Of a DNA stretch of 61,462 bases, positions 1-12,706 are shown one piece after another; the first letter of the stretch is position 1; each line of letters starts with the position of its first letter. The position numbers and the translations under genes are program-made. The stretch is from Cyanophora paradoxa CCMP329. Lineage: Eukaryota; Plantae; Glaucophyta. The stretch lies in the NCBI GenBank assembly GCA_004431415.1, contig QPMI01000287.1, positions 1-61,462 on the forward strand, in the 5' to 3' direction. A model generated the notes under the pieces. It was not told the DNA's origin. It made no database searches and was given only the letters and a program-made list of their open reading frames with translations.

Positions 1-3000
1 AAATCTCACAGGGGTCCCCACCCAAACGAAACAGCAGGAAAGAAGCGCTGGGATTCGCCAGAGCACTCTGGCAGGTTTGCATGATAGGGAGGAGTGTTAG
101 GTTTCTGGTTTGGAGGTTGGATTTGGGTCTGCCCTGATCGCCCCCTGAAATCTCACAGGGGTCCCACCCACACCAAACAGCAGGAAGGGAGCGCTGGGAT
201 TCGCCAGAGCACTCTGGCAGGTTTGCATGATAGGGAGAAACCTAACACCCCGCCCTATCATGCAAACCTGCCAGAGTGCTCTGGCGAATACCAGCGCTCC
301 CTGCCTGCTGTTTGGTGTGGGTGGGGACCCCTGTGAGATTTCAGGGGGCAATTGGGGCAGCACCAAACCCGACCTCAAAACTAAAAAACTAACACCCCGC
401 CCTATCATGCAAACCTGCGAGAGTGCTCTGGCGAATCTGATCTGCCTGCTGTTCCATGTGGGTGGGGATTTCTGTGAGATTTCGTGGGGCGATCGGGGCA
501 GCTCTGAACCCAACCTCGAAACTAGAAACCTTACACCCCTCCCTATCATGCAAACCTGCCAGAGTGCTCTGGCGAATCCCAGCGCTCCCTGCCTGCTGTT
601 TCGTGTGGGTGGGGAGCCCTGTGAGAATTCGGGGGGCGATGGGGGCAGCCCCGAACCCGACCTCGAAACTAGAAACCTAACACCCTGCCCTATCATGCAA
701 ACCTGCCAGAGTGCTCTGGCGAATACCAGCGCTCCCTGCCTGCTGTTTGGTGTGGGTGGGGACCCCTGTGAGATTTCAGGGGGCAATTGGGGCAGCACCA
801 AACCCGACCTCAAAACTAAAAAACTAACACCCAGCCCTATCATGCAAACCTGCGAGAGTGCTCTGGCGAATCTGATCTGCCTGCTGTTCCATGTGGGTGG
901 GGAGTTCTGTGAGATTTCGTGGGGCGATCGGGGCAGCCCCGAACCCGACCTCGAAACTAGAAACCTAACACCCTGCCCTATCATGCAAACCTGCCAGAGT
1001 GCTCTGGCGAATACCAGCGCTCCCTGCCTGCTGTTTGGTGTGGGTGGGGACCCCTGTGAGATTTTGGGGGGCGATTGGGGCAGCACCAAACCCGACCTCA
1101 AAACTAAAAAACTAACACCCCGCCCTATCATGCAAACCTGCGAGAGTGCTCTGGCAAATCTGATCTGCCTGCTGTTCCATGTGGGTGGGGATTTCTGTGA
1201 GATTTCGTGGGGCGATCGGGGCAGCTCTGAACCCAACCTCGAAACTAGAAACCTTACACCCCTCCCTATCATGCAAACCTGCCAGAGTGCTCTGGCGAAT
1301 CCCAGCGCTCCCTGCCTGCTGTTTCGTGTGGGTGGGGACCCCTGTGAAAATTCGGGGGGCGATGGGGGGGGCCCTGAACCCAACCTCGAAACTAGAAAAC
1401 TAACACCCCGCCCTATCATACAAAACTGCCAGAGTGCTCTGGTGAATCCCAGCCCCCCCTTCCTGCTGTTTTGTGTGGGTGGACTGCTCTGGCGAATCCC
1501 AGCACTCGCTTTCTGCTGTTTCGTGTGGGTGGGGACCCCTGTGAGATTTCGGGGGGCCATCAGGGCAGCCCCTACCCAACCTTGAAACTAGAAAACTACC
1601 CCCCTCCCTATCATGCAAACCTGCCAGAGTGCTCTGGCGAATCCCAGCGCTCCCTTCCTGCTGTTTGGTGTGGATGGGGACCCCTGTGAGATTTCGGGGG
1701 GCAATCGGGGCGGCCCCAAACCCAACCTCGAAACTAGAAAACTAACACCCCTCCCTATCATGCACATTTGCCAGAGTGCTCTGGCGAATCCCAGCGCTCG
1801 CTTTCTGCTGTTTTGTGTGGGCGGGGACCCCTGTGAGATTTCGGGGGGCCATCAGGGCAGCCTGAACCCAACCTTGAAACTAGAAAACTAACCCCCCTCC
1901 CTATCATGCAAACCTGCCAGAGTGCTCTGGCGAATCCCAGGGCTCCCAGCCTGCTGTTTCGTGCGGGTGGGGACCCCGGTGAGATTTCGGGGGGCGATGG
2001 GGGCAGCCCCGAACCCAACCTCGAAACTAAAAAAATAACATCCCTCCCTCTCATGCAAACCTGCCAGAGTGCTCTGGCCAATCCCAGCGCTCCCTGCCTG
2101 CAGTTTCGTGAGGGTGGGGACCCCTGTGAGATTTCGGGGGGCGATGGGGGCAGCCCTGCACCCAACCTCAAAACTTGAAAATTAACACCCCTCCCTATCA
2201 TGCAAACCTGCCAGAGTGCTCTGGCGAATCCCAGCGCTCCCTTCCTGCTGGTTCGTGTGGGTGGGACCCCTGTCAGATTTCGGGGGGCAATCGGGGCAGC
2301 CCCGACCCAACCTCGAAACTAGAAAACTAACCCCCCTCCCTATCATACAAACCTGCCAGAGTGCTCTGGAGAATCCCAGCGCTCCCTTCCTGCTGTTTGG
2401 TGTGGGTGGGGACCCCTGTGAGATTTTGGGGGGCGATTGGGGCAGCCCCAAACCCAACCTCGAAACTAGGAAACTAACACCCCTCCCTATCATGCAAATT
2501 TGCCAGAGTGCTCTGGCGAATCCCAGCGCTCCCTGCCTGCTGTTTCGTGTGGGTGGGGACCCCTGTGAGATTTCAGGGGGCGATGGGGGCAGCCCTGAAC
2601 CCAACCTCGAAACTGGAAAAAATAACATCCCTCCCTATCATGCGAACCTGCCAGAGTGCTCTGGCGAATCCCAGCGCTCCCTGCCTGCTGTTTCGTGTGG
2701 GTGGGGACCCCTGTGAGATTTCCGGGAGCGATGGGGGCAGCCTGTGAGATTTCGGGGGGCGATGGGGGCAGCCCCGAACCCAACCTCGAACCTAGAAAAC
2801 TAACACCCCTCCCTATCATGCAAACCTGCCAGAGTGCTCTGCCGAATCCCAGCGCCCCCTGCCTGCTGTTTCGTGTGGGTGGGGACCCCTGTCAGATTTC
2901 AGGGGGCGATCGGGGCCACCCCGAACCCAACCCCGAAACTAGAAAACTAACACCCCTCCCTATCATGCAAACCTGCCAGAGTGCTCTGGCGGATCCCAGC

Positions 3001-3038
3001 GCTCCGTTCCTGCTGTTTCGTGTGGGTGGGGACCCCTG
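1..3038. repeat. 147-bp tandem satellite array (minus orientation 1-236, plus 237-3038)
   Basis: Recurring unit GAAACTAGAAAACTAACACCCCTCCCTATCATGCAAACCTGCCAGAGTGCTCTGGCGAATCCCAGCGCTCCCTGCCTGCTGTTTCGTGTGGGTGGGGACCCCTGTGAGATTTCGGGGGGCGATGGGGGCAGCCCCGAACCCAACCTC; the translated period is 49 aa = 147 bp. Confidence 0.97.
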
Positions 3039-4640
3039 CCGCCGGAAGCCATTGTATTTCGTGGCAGCGGTGGAATGTTCGACGCAAAGTCTTCGACACA
3101 GCGGTCTCACAGCGTCTGCGCATCGTTCTTCTGATTGTGTATACGCTTACAGTGCGTTCTGCTGCGATTTGCGCACTGCGACCTTTCATTGTCGATTCCT
3201 CCATTTTGCAGAGAACATAAGCTTGTTGCATCGCGATTCACTCATGGATCTCATTTTCGAAGCTGTGTGCGCTCTTGGCCGGCTGGCCGAGGTCGTTTGC
3301 TTGTGATACCTCCGTTTTCCGTGGAATCCCGCGAGTTCCGGAGTTGTCTCTTTTCTCTCCTTTTGGAATCTCTCTAAATCTCTCTTTCTTTCTTTTGGAA
3401 CGATCTGAAATGTTTTCTTGAACACTGGCCTCGTCAAGCAACACTATTCGTGCTGTGTACCGTCCTGATTCAACTCCCGCCACTTAGCCCCGCCCCCCTG
3501 GCTAGCTCTGCGATAGTTTACCGATCAGTGCTCAACTTCAACCATTTAATGCACGAGCTAAGTTGGCGCGGGCTGCACTGCCCTGATGGGGCTCTCAGGC
3601 ATGATGAGCTGCACTGCCCTGAGGAAGATGATGCAGGGGTGCTCTCGAGCAGGAACACTGGGCCTTTTTTGACAAAGTAAGTAATTGGAGCGAAATGTGC
3701 TGGCGCCCTCGGTAGTGTCTAACTCAGTGCTGGAACAAGCTGAGCACCACTCTTTTTTTTGTACAAGAATTGAAGTTTTTTTGTGAAAGTTAGTGAAGGT
3801 CAGTTTGTCTTCCCAGTGTTTCTAAGAAACTCAGAAGTGACTGTGGAAGTGCAGGAAGCTGTGCTTTTATGTGTGGGAGGGATTGAAGCAGCTCTTGAAT
3901 TACATTCACAAATTTTATGTGCAGACCCTTCTTCCTGAGTACTCTTCTCTTGAGTATTATTCCTCTCTTGCTCACAATGGCAAGGCTCTCGATCCTTCTT
4001 CTTACTCTTTTGCCTCCACCTCTCCTTGCTACCAGATCCCTTGCCAGGAGCCTGACAAAAATTACAGCATTCTTGATGTCGATGAGCACACCTTCTTGTA
4101 CCACTTCCATCAGGATCCCATGTTTTACTTTTTGCCTGCCTCTGTGCGCCCCCGCCTCGATGCTTTTTATGATGAGGCTCGCAAGCAGCTGGCCCTTGAG
4201 AAATCGTTTTCTGATTCATTTGAGGAAGGTCAGCATCTCGATGGCACTGGCCGTAGCCCTAGTGCTAAGCGTTCTCGCCCTCTGATCCCTCTACTCCTTC
4301 TGGTTCTAATGACACAATTGTGTGATTTTCTTCTGTACTTCTAATCTTGAATGATCGTCTTCGGTTTCCCTCTCTCCCGTCTTCCCTAACACCCTGTCTG
4401 GCCTGTTAGGGAGCAGGTCAGTTCAGGAAGTTAGGGCTTTTTCTTTGCATGGGGACCCTACGGCCCGGGTAGGGACTTTGTGCAGCTTGTCTTTCGCAGG
4501 TTCTCGAGAGCATCTCTCATCACTACCCACGCTAGTGGGTCCCTGACGGAGCCTTGCAAGCTCCTTAAGGGGCCTCTGCGGTTCTGTCATACCCACTCTT
4601 GCTGGCGTGGGCGTGTCTTTTACTTGCTCTCTCTCTCTTG
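3039..4640. other. Unclassified 1.6-kb non-satellite insert (contains a 157-aa ORF at 3871-4344, +)
   Basis: Abrupt loss of satellite after ...GGGGACCCCTG and resumption at GAAAACTTACACCCC; no TSD; no recognisable domain. Confidence 0.6.
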
Positions 4641-7600
4641 GAAAACTTACACCCCTCCCAATCATGCAAACCTGCCAGAGTGCTCTGGCGAATCCCAGCG
4701 CTCCCTGCCTGCTGTTTCGTGTGGGTGGGTACCCCTGTGAGATTTTGGGGGGCAATGGGGGCAGCCCCGAACCCAACCTCGAAACTAGAAAGCTTACACC
4801 CCTCCCTATCGTGCAAAGCTGCCAGAGTGCTCTGGCGAATCCCAGCGCTCCCTCGCCCCCTCAAATCTCACAGGGGTCCCCACCAACACGAAACATGGCA
4901 GGTTTGCATGATAGGGAGGGGTGTGAGTTTTCTCTAGTTTCGAGGTTGGGTTTGGGTTTGCCCCGACCACCCCCTGAAATCTCACAGGGTTCGCACCCAC
5001 ACAAAACAGCAGGAAGGGAGCGCTGGGATTCGCCAGAGCACTCTGGCAGGTTTGCATGATAGGGAGGGGTGTTAGTTTTCTAGTTTCGAGGTTGGGTTCG
5101 GGGCTGCCCCCATAGCCCCCGGAAATCTCACAGGGGTCCCCACCCACACGAAACAGCAGGCAGGGAGCGCTGGGATTCGCCAGAGCACTCTGGCAGGTTC
5201 CCATGATAGGGAGGGGTGTAAGTTTTCTGGTTTCGAGGTTGGGTTCGGGAAATCTCACAGGGGTCCCCACCAACACGAAACAGCAGGAAGGGGGCGCTGG
5301 GATTCGCCAGAGCACTCTGGCAGGTTTGCATGATAGGGCACGGTGTTAGTTTTCTGGTTTCGAAGTTGGGTTCGGGGCTGCCCCCATCGGGGTGTTAGGT
5401 CCCCACCCACACGAAACGGCAGGCAGGGAGTGCTGGGATCCGCCAGAGCACTCTGGCAGGTTTGCATGATGGGGAGGGGTGTGAGTTTTCTAGTTTCGAG
5501 GTTGGGTTCGGGGCTGCCCCAATCGCCCCCTGAAATCTCACCGAACCCAACCTTGAAACTAGAAAACTAATACCCCTCCCTATCATGCAAACCTGCCAGA
5601 GTGCTGGGGCGAATCCCAGGGCTCCCTTCCGGCTGTTTCGTGTGGGTAGGGACCCCTGTGCGATTTTGGGGGCGATCAGGGGGGTGATTGGGGCAGCCCC
5701 GAACCCAACCTCGAAACTAGAAACCTAACACCCCTCCCTATCATGCAAATTTGCCAGAGTGCTCTGGCGAATCCCAGCACTCCCTGCCTGCTGTTTCGTG
5801 TGGGTGGGGACCCCTGTGAGATTTCGGATTCGCCAGAGCACTCTGGCAGGTTTGCATGATAGGGAGGGGTGTTAGTTTTCTAGTTTCGAGGTTGGGTGCG
5901 GGGCTGCCCCCATTGCCCCCCGAAATCTCACAGGGGTCCCCACCCACACGAAACAGCAGGAAGGGAGCGCTGGGATTCGCCAGAGCACTCTGGCAGGTTT
6001 GCATGATGGGGAGGGGTGTTAGTTTTCTAGTTTCGAGGTTGGGTGCGGGGCTGCCCCCATTGCCCCCCGAAATCTCACAGGGGTCCCCACCCACACAAAA
6101 CAGCAGGCAGGGAGCGCTGGGATTCGCCAGAGCACTCTGGCAGGTTTGCATGATAGGGAGGGGTGTTAGTTTTCTAGTTTCAAGGTTGGGTGCAGGGCTG
6201 CCCCCATCGCCCCCGTATTCTCACAGGGGTCCCCTGGCAAATCCCAGCGCTCCCTTCCTGCAGTTTCGTGTGGGTGGGGACCCCTGTGAGATTTCGGGGG
6301 GCTATGGGGGCAGCCCCGAACCCAACCTCGAAACTAGGAAACCAACACCCCTCCCTATCATTCAAACCTGCCAGAGTGCTCTTGCCAATCCCAGTGCTCC
6401 CTGCCTGCTGTTTCCTGTGGGTGGGGACCCCTGTGAGATTTCGGGGGGCGATCGGGGCAGCCCCGAACCCAACCTCAAAACTAGAAACCTAACACCCCTT
6501 CCTACCATGCAAACCTGCCAGAGTGCTCTGGCGAATTCCAGCACTCCCTGCCTGCAGTTTCGTGTGGGTGGGGACCCCTGTAAGATTTCGGGGGGCGATG
6601 GGGGCAGCCCCGAACCCAACCTCGAAACTAGAAAACTAACATCCCTTCCTACCATGCAAACCTGCCAGAGTGCTCTGGCGAATCCCAGCGCTCCCTGCCT
6701 GCTGTTTCGTGTGGGTGGGGACCCCTGCTCGATTTCGGGGGGGGCAGCTCCGAACCCAACCCCGTAACTAGAAAACTAACACCCGTCCCTATCATGCAAA
6801 CCTGCCAGAGTGCTCTGGCGAATCCCAGCGCTCCCTTCCTGCTGTTTGGTGTGGGTGGGGACCCCTGTGAGATTTCGGGGGCAATGGGGGCAGCTCCGAA
6901 CCCAATCTCGAAACTAGAAACCTAACACCCCTCCCTATCATGCAAACCTGCCAGAGTGCTCTGGCGAATCCCAGCGCTCCTTGCCTGCTGTTTCGTGTGG
7001 GTGGGGACCCCTGTGAGATTTCGGGGGGCGATGGGGGCCACCCTGAACCCAACCTCGAAACTAGAAACCTAACACCCCTCCCTATCATGCAAACCTGCCA
7101 GAGTGCTCTGGCGAATCCCAGCGCTCCTTGCCTGCTGTTTCGTGTGGGTGGGGACCCCTGTGAGATTTTGGGGGGCGATGGGGGCAGCCCAAAACCCAAC
7201 CTCGAAACTAGAAACCTAACACCCCGAATCCCAGCGCTCCCTGCCTGCTGTTTCGTTTGGGTGGGGACCCTGCGAGTGCTCTGGTGATTGCATGGCTGCA
7301 TGGCTGGAGCTGGAGCTGGCTGCATGGTGATTGCAAATGATGCATAATGATTTGGAAGGACGTGGAGGAGGTTCTCTGTTTTGTAAAAGTCTACCACTGC
7401 GATAGCCCTTCGCTTGCAGGTGGTGGTTCGGGGCTGCCCCCATCGCCCCCCGAAATCTGACAGTGGTCCCCACCCACATCAAATAGCAGGAAGGGAGCGC
7501 TGGGATTCCCCAGAGCACTCTGGCAGGTTTGCATGATAGGAGGGTGTTAGTTTTTAGTTCGAGGTTGGGTTTGGTGCTGCCCCATCGCCCCCGAAATCTC

Positions 7601-8008
7601 ACAGGGGTCCCACCCACACCAAACAGCAGGCAGGAGAGCTGTATTCGCCAGAGCACTCTGGCAAATTTGCATGATAGGGAGGGTGTTAGTTTCTAGTTAG
7701 AGTTGATGGGACCCCTGTGAAATTCGGGGGCGATGGGCAGCCACGAACCCAACCTTTAAACCAGAAAAGTTACACCTCTCCCTATCATGCAAACCCGTCA
7801 GAGTGCTCTGGCGAATCTCAGTGCTCCCTTCCTGCTGTTTCGTGTGGATGGGGACCCCTGTGAGATTTGGGGGGGCGATGGGGGCAGCCCCGAACCCAAC
7901 CTCAAAACTAGAAAACTAACACCCTCCCAATCATGCAAACCTGCCAGAGTGCTCTGGTGAATCCCAGCGCTCCCTGCCTGTGAGATTTCAGGGGGCGATG
8001 GGGGCAGC
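4641..8008. repeat. 147-bp satellite with multiple inversions (switches near 4851, 5540, 5826, 6233, 7285-7425, 7706)
   Basis: Monomer alternates with its reverse complement (GCCAGAGTGCTCTGGC vs GCCAGAGCACTCTGGC context); 140-bp unique insert at ~7287-7424. Confidence 0.93.
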
Positions 8009-8178
8009 TGATCTAGTGACTACTCTCAACAGGTTCGAGCACGGGCAGCATCCGCTGATGCACACATAGTGGAATTGACACGCACACTGCACACGCCTAA
8101 TGATTGACTGACCCTCCCCGGGGGGGGAAGTACAACGCGAAGGGCAGGCTGGGGTCACGACATCTCGCTCCATACCAA

Positions 8179-11100
8179 TTAGGCCACGTCCTCGCTGGCC
8201 TCCGTCGCAGCATCCTCAGAGTCGGCGTCGTGCTTGCGCGACCAAAGAAGAAGCCTCGATGCGTGAACCCGCTGACGGTCACCAGCTTTGAGCCCGCGCT
8301 CGAGCTCCGGGCCAACATATTCGATTTCGAACGAAACGCCTCATCCATTCAAATCCTTCAACACCATCCAAGGACCAGTACGACGAGGTGACGTCTTATT
8401 GACTCGACGTGTTTTCGGAACTTCCAAGCTGACCAAATCACCAGGGAAAAATGCAGGTTCATGCTTCGCTGCAGACTTCGACGCTTGATAGTTTGACCGA
8501 GCCTCTTGAATATTTGTATAAACACGGCTGAAACGTCGAGCCAGTTGCTTAGGATAATCCTCAGTAACACCGTGTCTTGCTATAGTTGATTCGGGATTAA
8601 GAAGAAGATCGATCGGCAGCACACACGGGCGACCGTACAGCATTTCAAATGGAGTATAACCGGTGGATGGATTCTTGTAGTTGCGAATCGCCAAAAGAGC
8701 AAAGTTGATGTCGTCATCCCAGTTCCGTTCGTCTGTATCGACATAGAAACGAATCCTGTCAACTAATGTTCCGTTGAACTTCTCTACAGCACCTTGAGAT
8801 TGCGGGTGGTAAGAAGTACTGAAGTTCACTTTAACTCCAAACAAGCGATAAATCTCTTGAAGAAGAAGATTTTTGAATTCTCCTCCTTGATCAGATGTGA
8901 TACGTAGAGGCAGCCCATGAAGAGGAATCCACTTCTCAAATAGAGCCTTGACAACGTACATGGGAGACTTGGTCCGAACAGGAACGGCCTCGGCCCACCG
9001 AGTGAAAACATCAAGAATGGTAATTAAATACATGTTGCCACGCCGTGAGCGTTTGAAAGGGCCAACAATGTCAATCTCAACGTGTTGCATTGGACCCTCT
9101 GCGAATATCTTGGAGGTGGGAACTTCAGTCTTGACTCGAACTGCCTTGATCCTCTTGCAATCCTCACAATTCGAGACGAAGTTACCAATGTCAGCATTCA
9201 TTCCAGTCCAATGATAGCGTTGCCTAAGGTACTCGCGCATTTTCCAAGCTCCAGGATGGCCTAGGGATTTGTGTGTAGACGAGAGCACAAGTTGTTTCAA
9301 ATGAGAGGGAATGCAAACACGGATGTAGTCATCCCCGGCTTTCTGATAGCACAAGACTCCATCATTAACAGTGAACTTTCCAGATTTCGCAAGTCGTTCT
9401 GCCAGGACATCAGGCCCTTGTGGCTCGACAGTCACATCGGCTTCTAGATATAGAAGTAAAGACTCCAGCAATGGATCCTTTAGTTGTTCATCACGAATCC
9501 TAGAAGGAGATAAAGTCAGAGACATTTCAACAGAGTTCAACAGCACAGAATGAGAAACAGTCTCAATTGCAACGACTGCCGCATGAATCATCCTAGATAG
9601 GGCATCAGCATCACGGTTCAATTTCCCTGGTTTATGCTGAACTTCAAAATCATATTCCTGCATCCCAAGTATCCATCGAGTGATACGCGCATTAGGAAGA
9701 GACTTTGCCGATCTCAAATACTGCAGTGCAGAATGATCCGATTTGATAATGAATTTTCGTCCACACAAATACTGAGAAAACTTCTTTGTTACTGCCCACC
9801 AAATCGCATATAGTTCCTGCTCAGTGGTTGTCCATAATTGTTGTTCGGATGACAGGGGCTTTGCAGCATATTCGATGACATACTCCATTCCAGACTGCTT
9901 AAAACTGATTTGTTTTGTCCACTTCTTTTCTGCGGACGAGAATTTATGTGAAGCAAATTGAATCGGCCTCTCTACACCATCATCATCAAGTTGAGACAAC
10001 ACAGCACCAACTCCAGTCTTGGATGCATCAGTCTTTAAGATAAAGGGCTTACTGAAATCAGCAAATCGAAGAATAGGATATGTCATCAGGTACTCCTTAG
10101 CCTTTTCAAATGCAATCTGTTGATTATCACCCCAAGAAAATGGGACTTTGCTTGATGTCAAGTCCGACAAAGGAGCAGTTATAACAGCAAATAGCTCAAC
10201 AAAAACACGATAATATGACCCCATCCCCAAAAATGTTCTCACCTCGGAAACATTCTTAGGCACTGGGTAATTCAAGATAGCTTCAATCTTGGCCTTGGAA
10301 GGACGAACACCTTCCCTGGTGACCTCAAATCCAAGGTATTCAGCCTTCCATTGGAAGAACAAAGATTTCTTTGGCTTGAAGAAAAGGAATGCCTTTTTCA
10401 TGGCATCAAACGTCCATTGCAGATCCTTGAGATGCTGTTCAAACGACTTGCTGAAAACACAAACATCGTCCAAATACATTAGCACAAAGATGAAAGCATA
10501 AGTGCCAAGCACACTGTTCATGAGCATTTGGAACGTGGCAGGGGCCGTTTTCAGCCCTTGTGGCATAACATTCCACTCAAACAGTCCAATAGGAGTACGG
10601 AAGGCAGTCTTGGGTTTATCCTCCTCTGCCATCTCAACATTCCAGTATCCATCAGGGCAATCCATAGGAGAAATGTAAAGGGAATTTCCCATTGCTTCGA
10701 GGGCATCATCAATTCTGGGAAGTGGGTACGCGTCATCAATTGTAACAGCATTCAGTTTCCTATAGTCAATGCAGAAGCGAAGAGTTCCATCCTTCTTCCT
10801 CACGAGCACCACTGGAGCCGCCCAAGGTGACCGAGAAGGCCGGATGAAATTGCGTTCCAACAACTTCCTGGTCTCATTAATGATCAAGTCGTTCTCATGT
10901 TGGGAGTGTCGCCGTGGGGGCTCAGCAATAGGCTTGGCATCTCCAGTATTGATATTATGCTTAATAGGAGGGTGAGGCTCAAGAGGACTGTAATTAGGAA
11001 TGCTAGGTTTAGCAGCAGAAAGGTTTCCAAGCATAAAATCATGCATAGCAGCATATTTCTCAGGCTCTTCATTCTCATCTCCAATCTTTTTAATTTCTCG

Positions 11101-12706
11101 CAACAATGAGGCAACTTCAGGGCCGTATCGCTGTTCAACCTCTTGATAAATAGTATCATGAATTTGCGAAATGGGGACGCCGTGAAACCGAGAATATTTA
11201 GAAGCATCGTAGGAGAAGGGGTTTTCAACCGAGTATGAGGGTGGTGACTCAAAACTTGGGGCCGTCTGCGCCTGGACGGAGTCCGCACAACTGTAAGGCT
11301 CACCTTTGCTTTTAGAATCAGAAGCATCTGGTATAAAAGATCCATTTCCGTATTGATCGTAGCCCAAGACAACTCCGCAGTCGTACACTTCCGGGAACAA
11401 TTGCTGCGTTTTCCCACCGACAATGCGCGGGATGAAACGAGCAATCTTCGTTCCTCTGCGCAGCACGACTGGAGGCGAATCGAAGCGATTGCTGAGATTC
11501 ACCACCTGCGTATACAGCCGTCCGCCGCGGCACACGACCAAGCTGTTGACAACCCGTATTTCGGGACTCGTAGAAGAATGACAATAATTCTCAACGTAGC
11601 CTTCGCCATCTGCGACAAATCGAAGCGCACGTAGCACGACTTTCCTCTGTTCGCCAGCAGCAACTTCAACATCATCGTCCAGAACAAGCACATGTCCATG
11701 CGGTTCCAAGGAAACCTCGCAATTGCTAGATTCCTGACGAGGAACACATTCTTGTGCCTTTTCTGTCGATGCACTGTTGTCAAAGAGATTCAACTTCTTC
11801 AGATGAATCGGCTCTTCTGGAAAAGCAGAGAGGATAAGCTTCCGGTTGTCGTCATCCTTACAATCATAAGTTGCTCCATGGGTGCTGATGAAATCCTGCC
11901 CAAGAATACCATCAAAACAGTATCCAGGGAAGTCGACCACCAGCAACGGAACGCGTCCTTCAAAAGGACCAATTCTTGCTGTAACATGAAGTTCACCAGG
12001 CTGGTACATACGCTGATCAGGAAGTTTAATCTGTGGTGTAAATGTCCACTTCCTGACTTTGTCTTGTAGGCCCAACTTGCTGACAGCAGAGGATACGATG
12101 ATGGACAGGTCCGCTCCGCTATCAAGTAGGAACTTCAAAGGATACCCATTGATCAACACATCAACCACAGACCGACCAGGTGCAAGCGGAGCAAATCGCC
12201 GACCCACGACTGCAGGCTGCACACTTGGATCAGTTGAGGGAGACTTACCATTCACCAACTGCATTTGACCATCCACGACACAAACTGCTAAACTGTCCTG
12301 TTCTAACTTCTGGAAGGGACCACTGAGAGTATAGTGCCTTTTTGGCAGAGGATGCAAGCTCAACTGAGGCTGCTTCGTAGCAAAGAGGTCTCTTTCTTCC
12401 AGGTGGCCCTGTGTTGAAGATACTTGAACCACACGAGCAGGCATGTCGTTTGGCTTGTCGGATCCCTGACATTGCTTGAGATCTGTACTCGCCTTTGACT
12501 CACCAGAAAGTTCATGTATCCGAGAGGAATGGTCATGCAGTGCACCCAGGCCCCGGGTTTGAGTAACAACAAAATCGCTTGACAAATTTGGAGAAGTAAC
12601 AGAAACTGAAGGCGGGAAAACACTGCTGCCAGGATCAAGAGCATCTGCACTGCGGACAGCTCCTGCTCCTGACAGGGTGAGAACCAGTCGCTCAAACTCA
12701 ACCTCT
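8179..12706 (-). pseudogene. pol: Ty3/Gypsy pol polyprotein (PR-RT-RNaseH-IN), 5'-truncated, premature stop at 8341
   Basis: LLDSGAD protease, YLDD RT, TDASKTGVG RNaseH, H..H..CEDC zinc finger, DIVG/SDQG/VEK DDE integrase, GPW motif. The frame continues past the TGA as GVSFEIEY...RVHASRL to TAA at 8179. No gag or 5' LTR. Confidence 0.93.

Noticed and set aside
97-1585. Long repeat-protein ORFs on both strands of the satellite (MQTCQSALANP.../MIGRGVSF...), here and throughout
   Set aside because: They follow from a 147-bp (multiple of 3) GC-rich unit. Frameshifting indels, inversions and truncations are common, and there is no sign of codon-level selection
3580-3660. Hammerhead ribozyme (CTGATG/TGATGAG-like cores)
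   Set aside because: I could not build the CUGAUGA...GAAA core with the three required stems
8010-8120. 3' LTR of the first Gypsy after the purine tract GGGGAGGG
   Set aside because: No TG start right after the tract and no partner LTR, so the boundaries cannot be supported
8341-8343. Alternative genetic code or programmed readthrough at the in-frame TGA
   Set aside because: The element is truncated, and other decayed ORFs have TAA/TAG stops and frameshifts, so a simple nonsense mutation suffices
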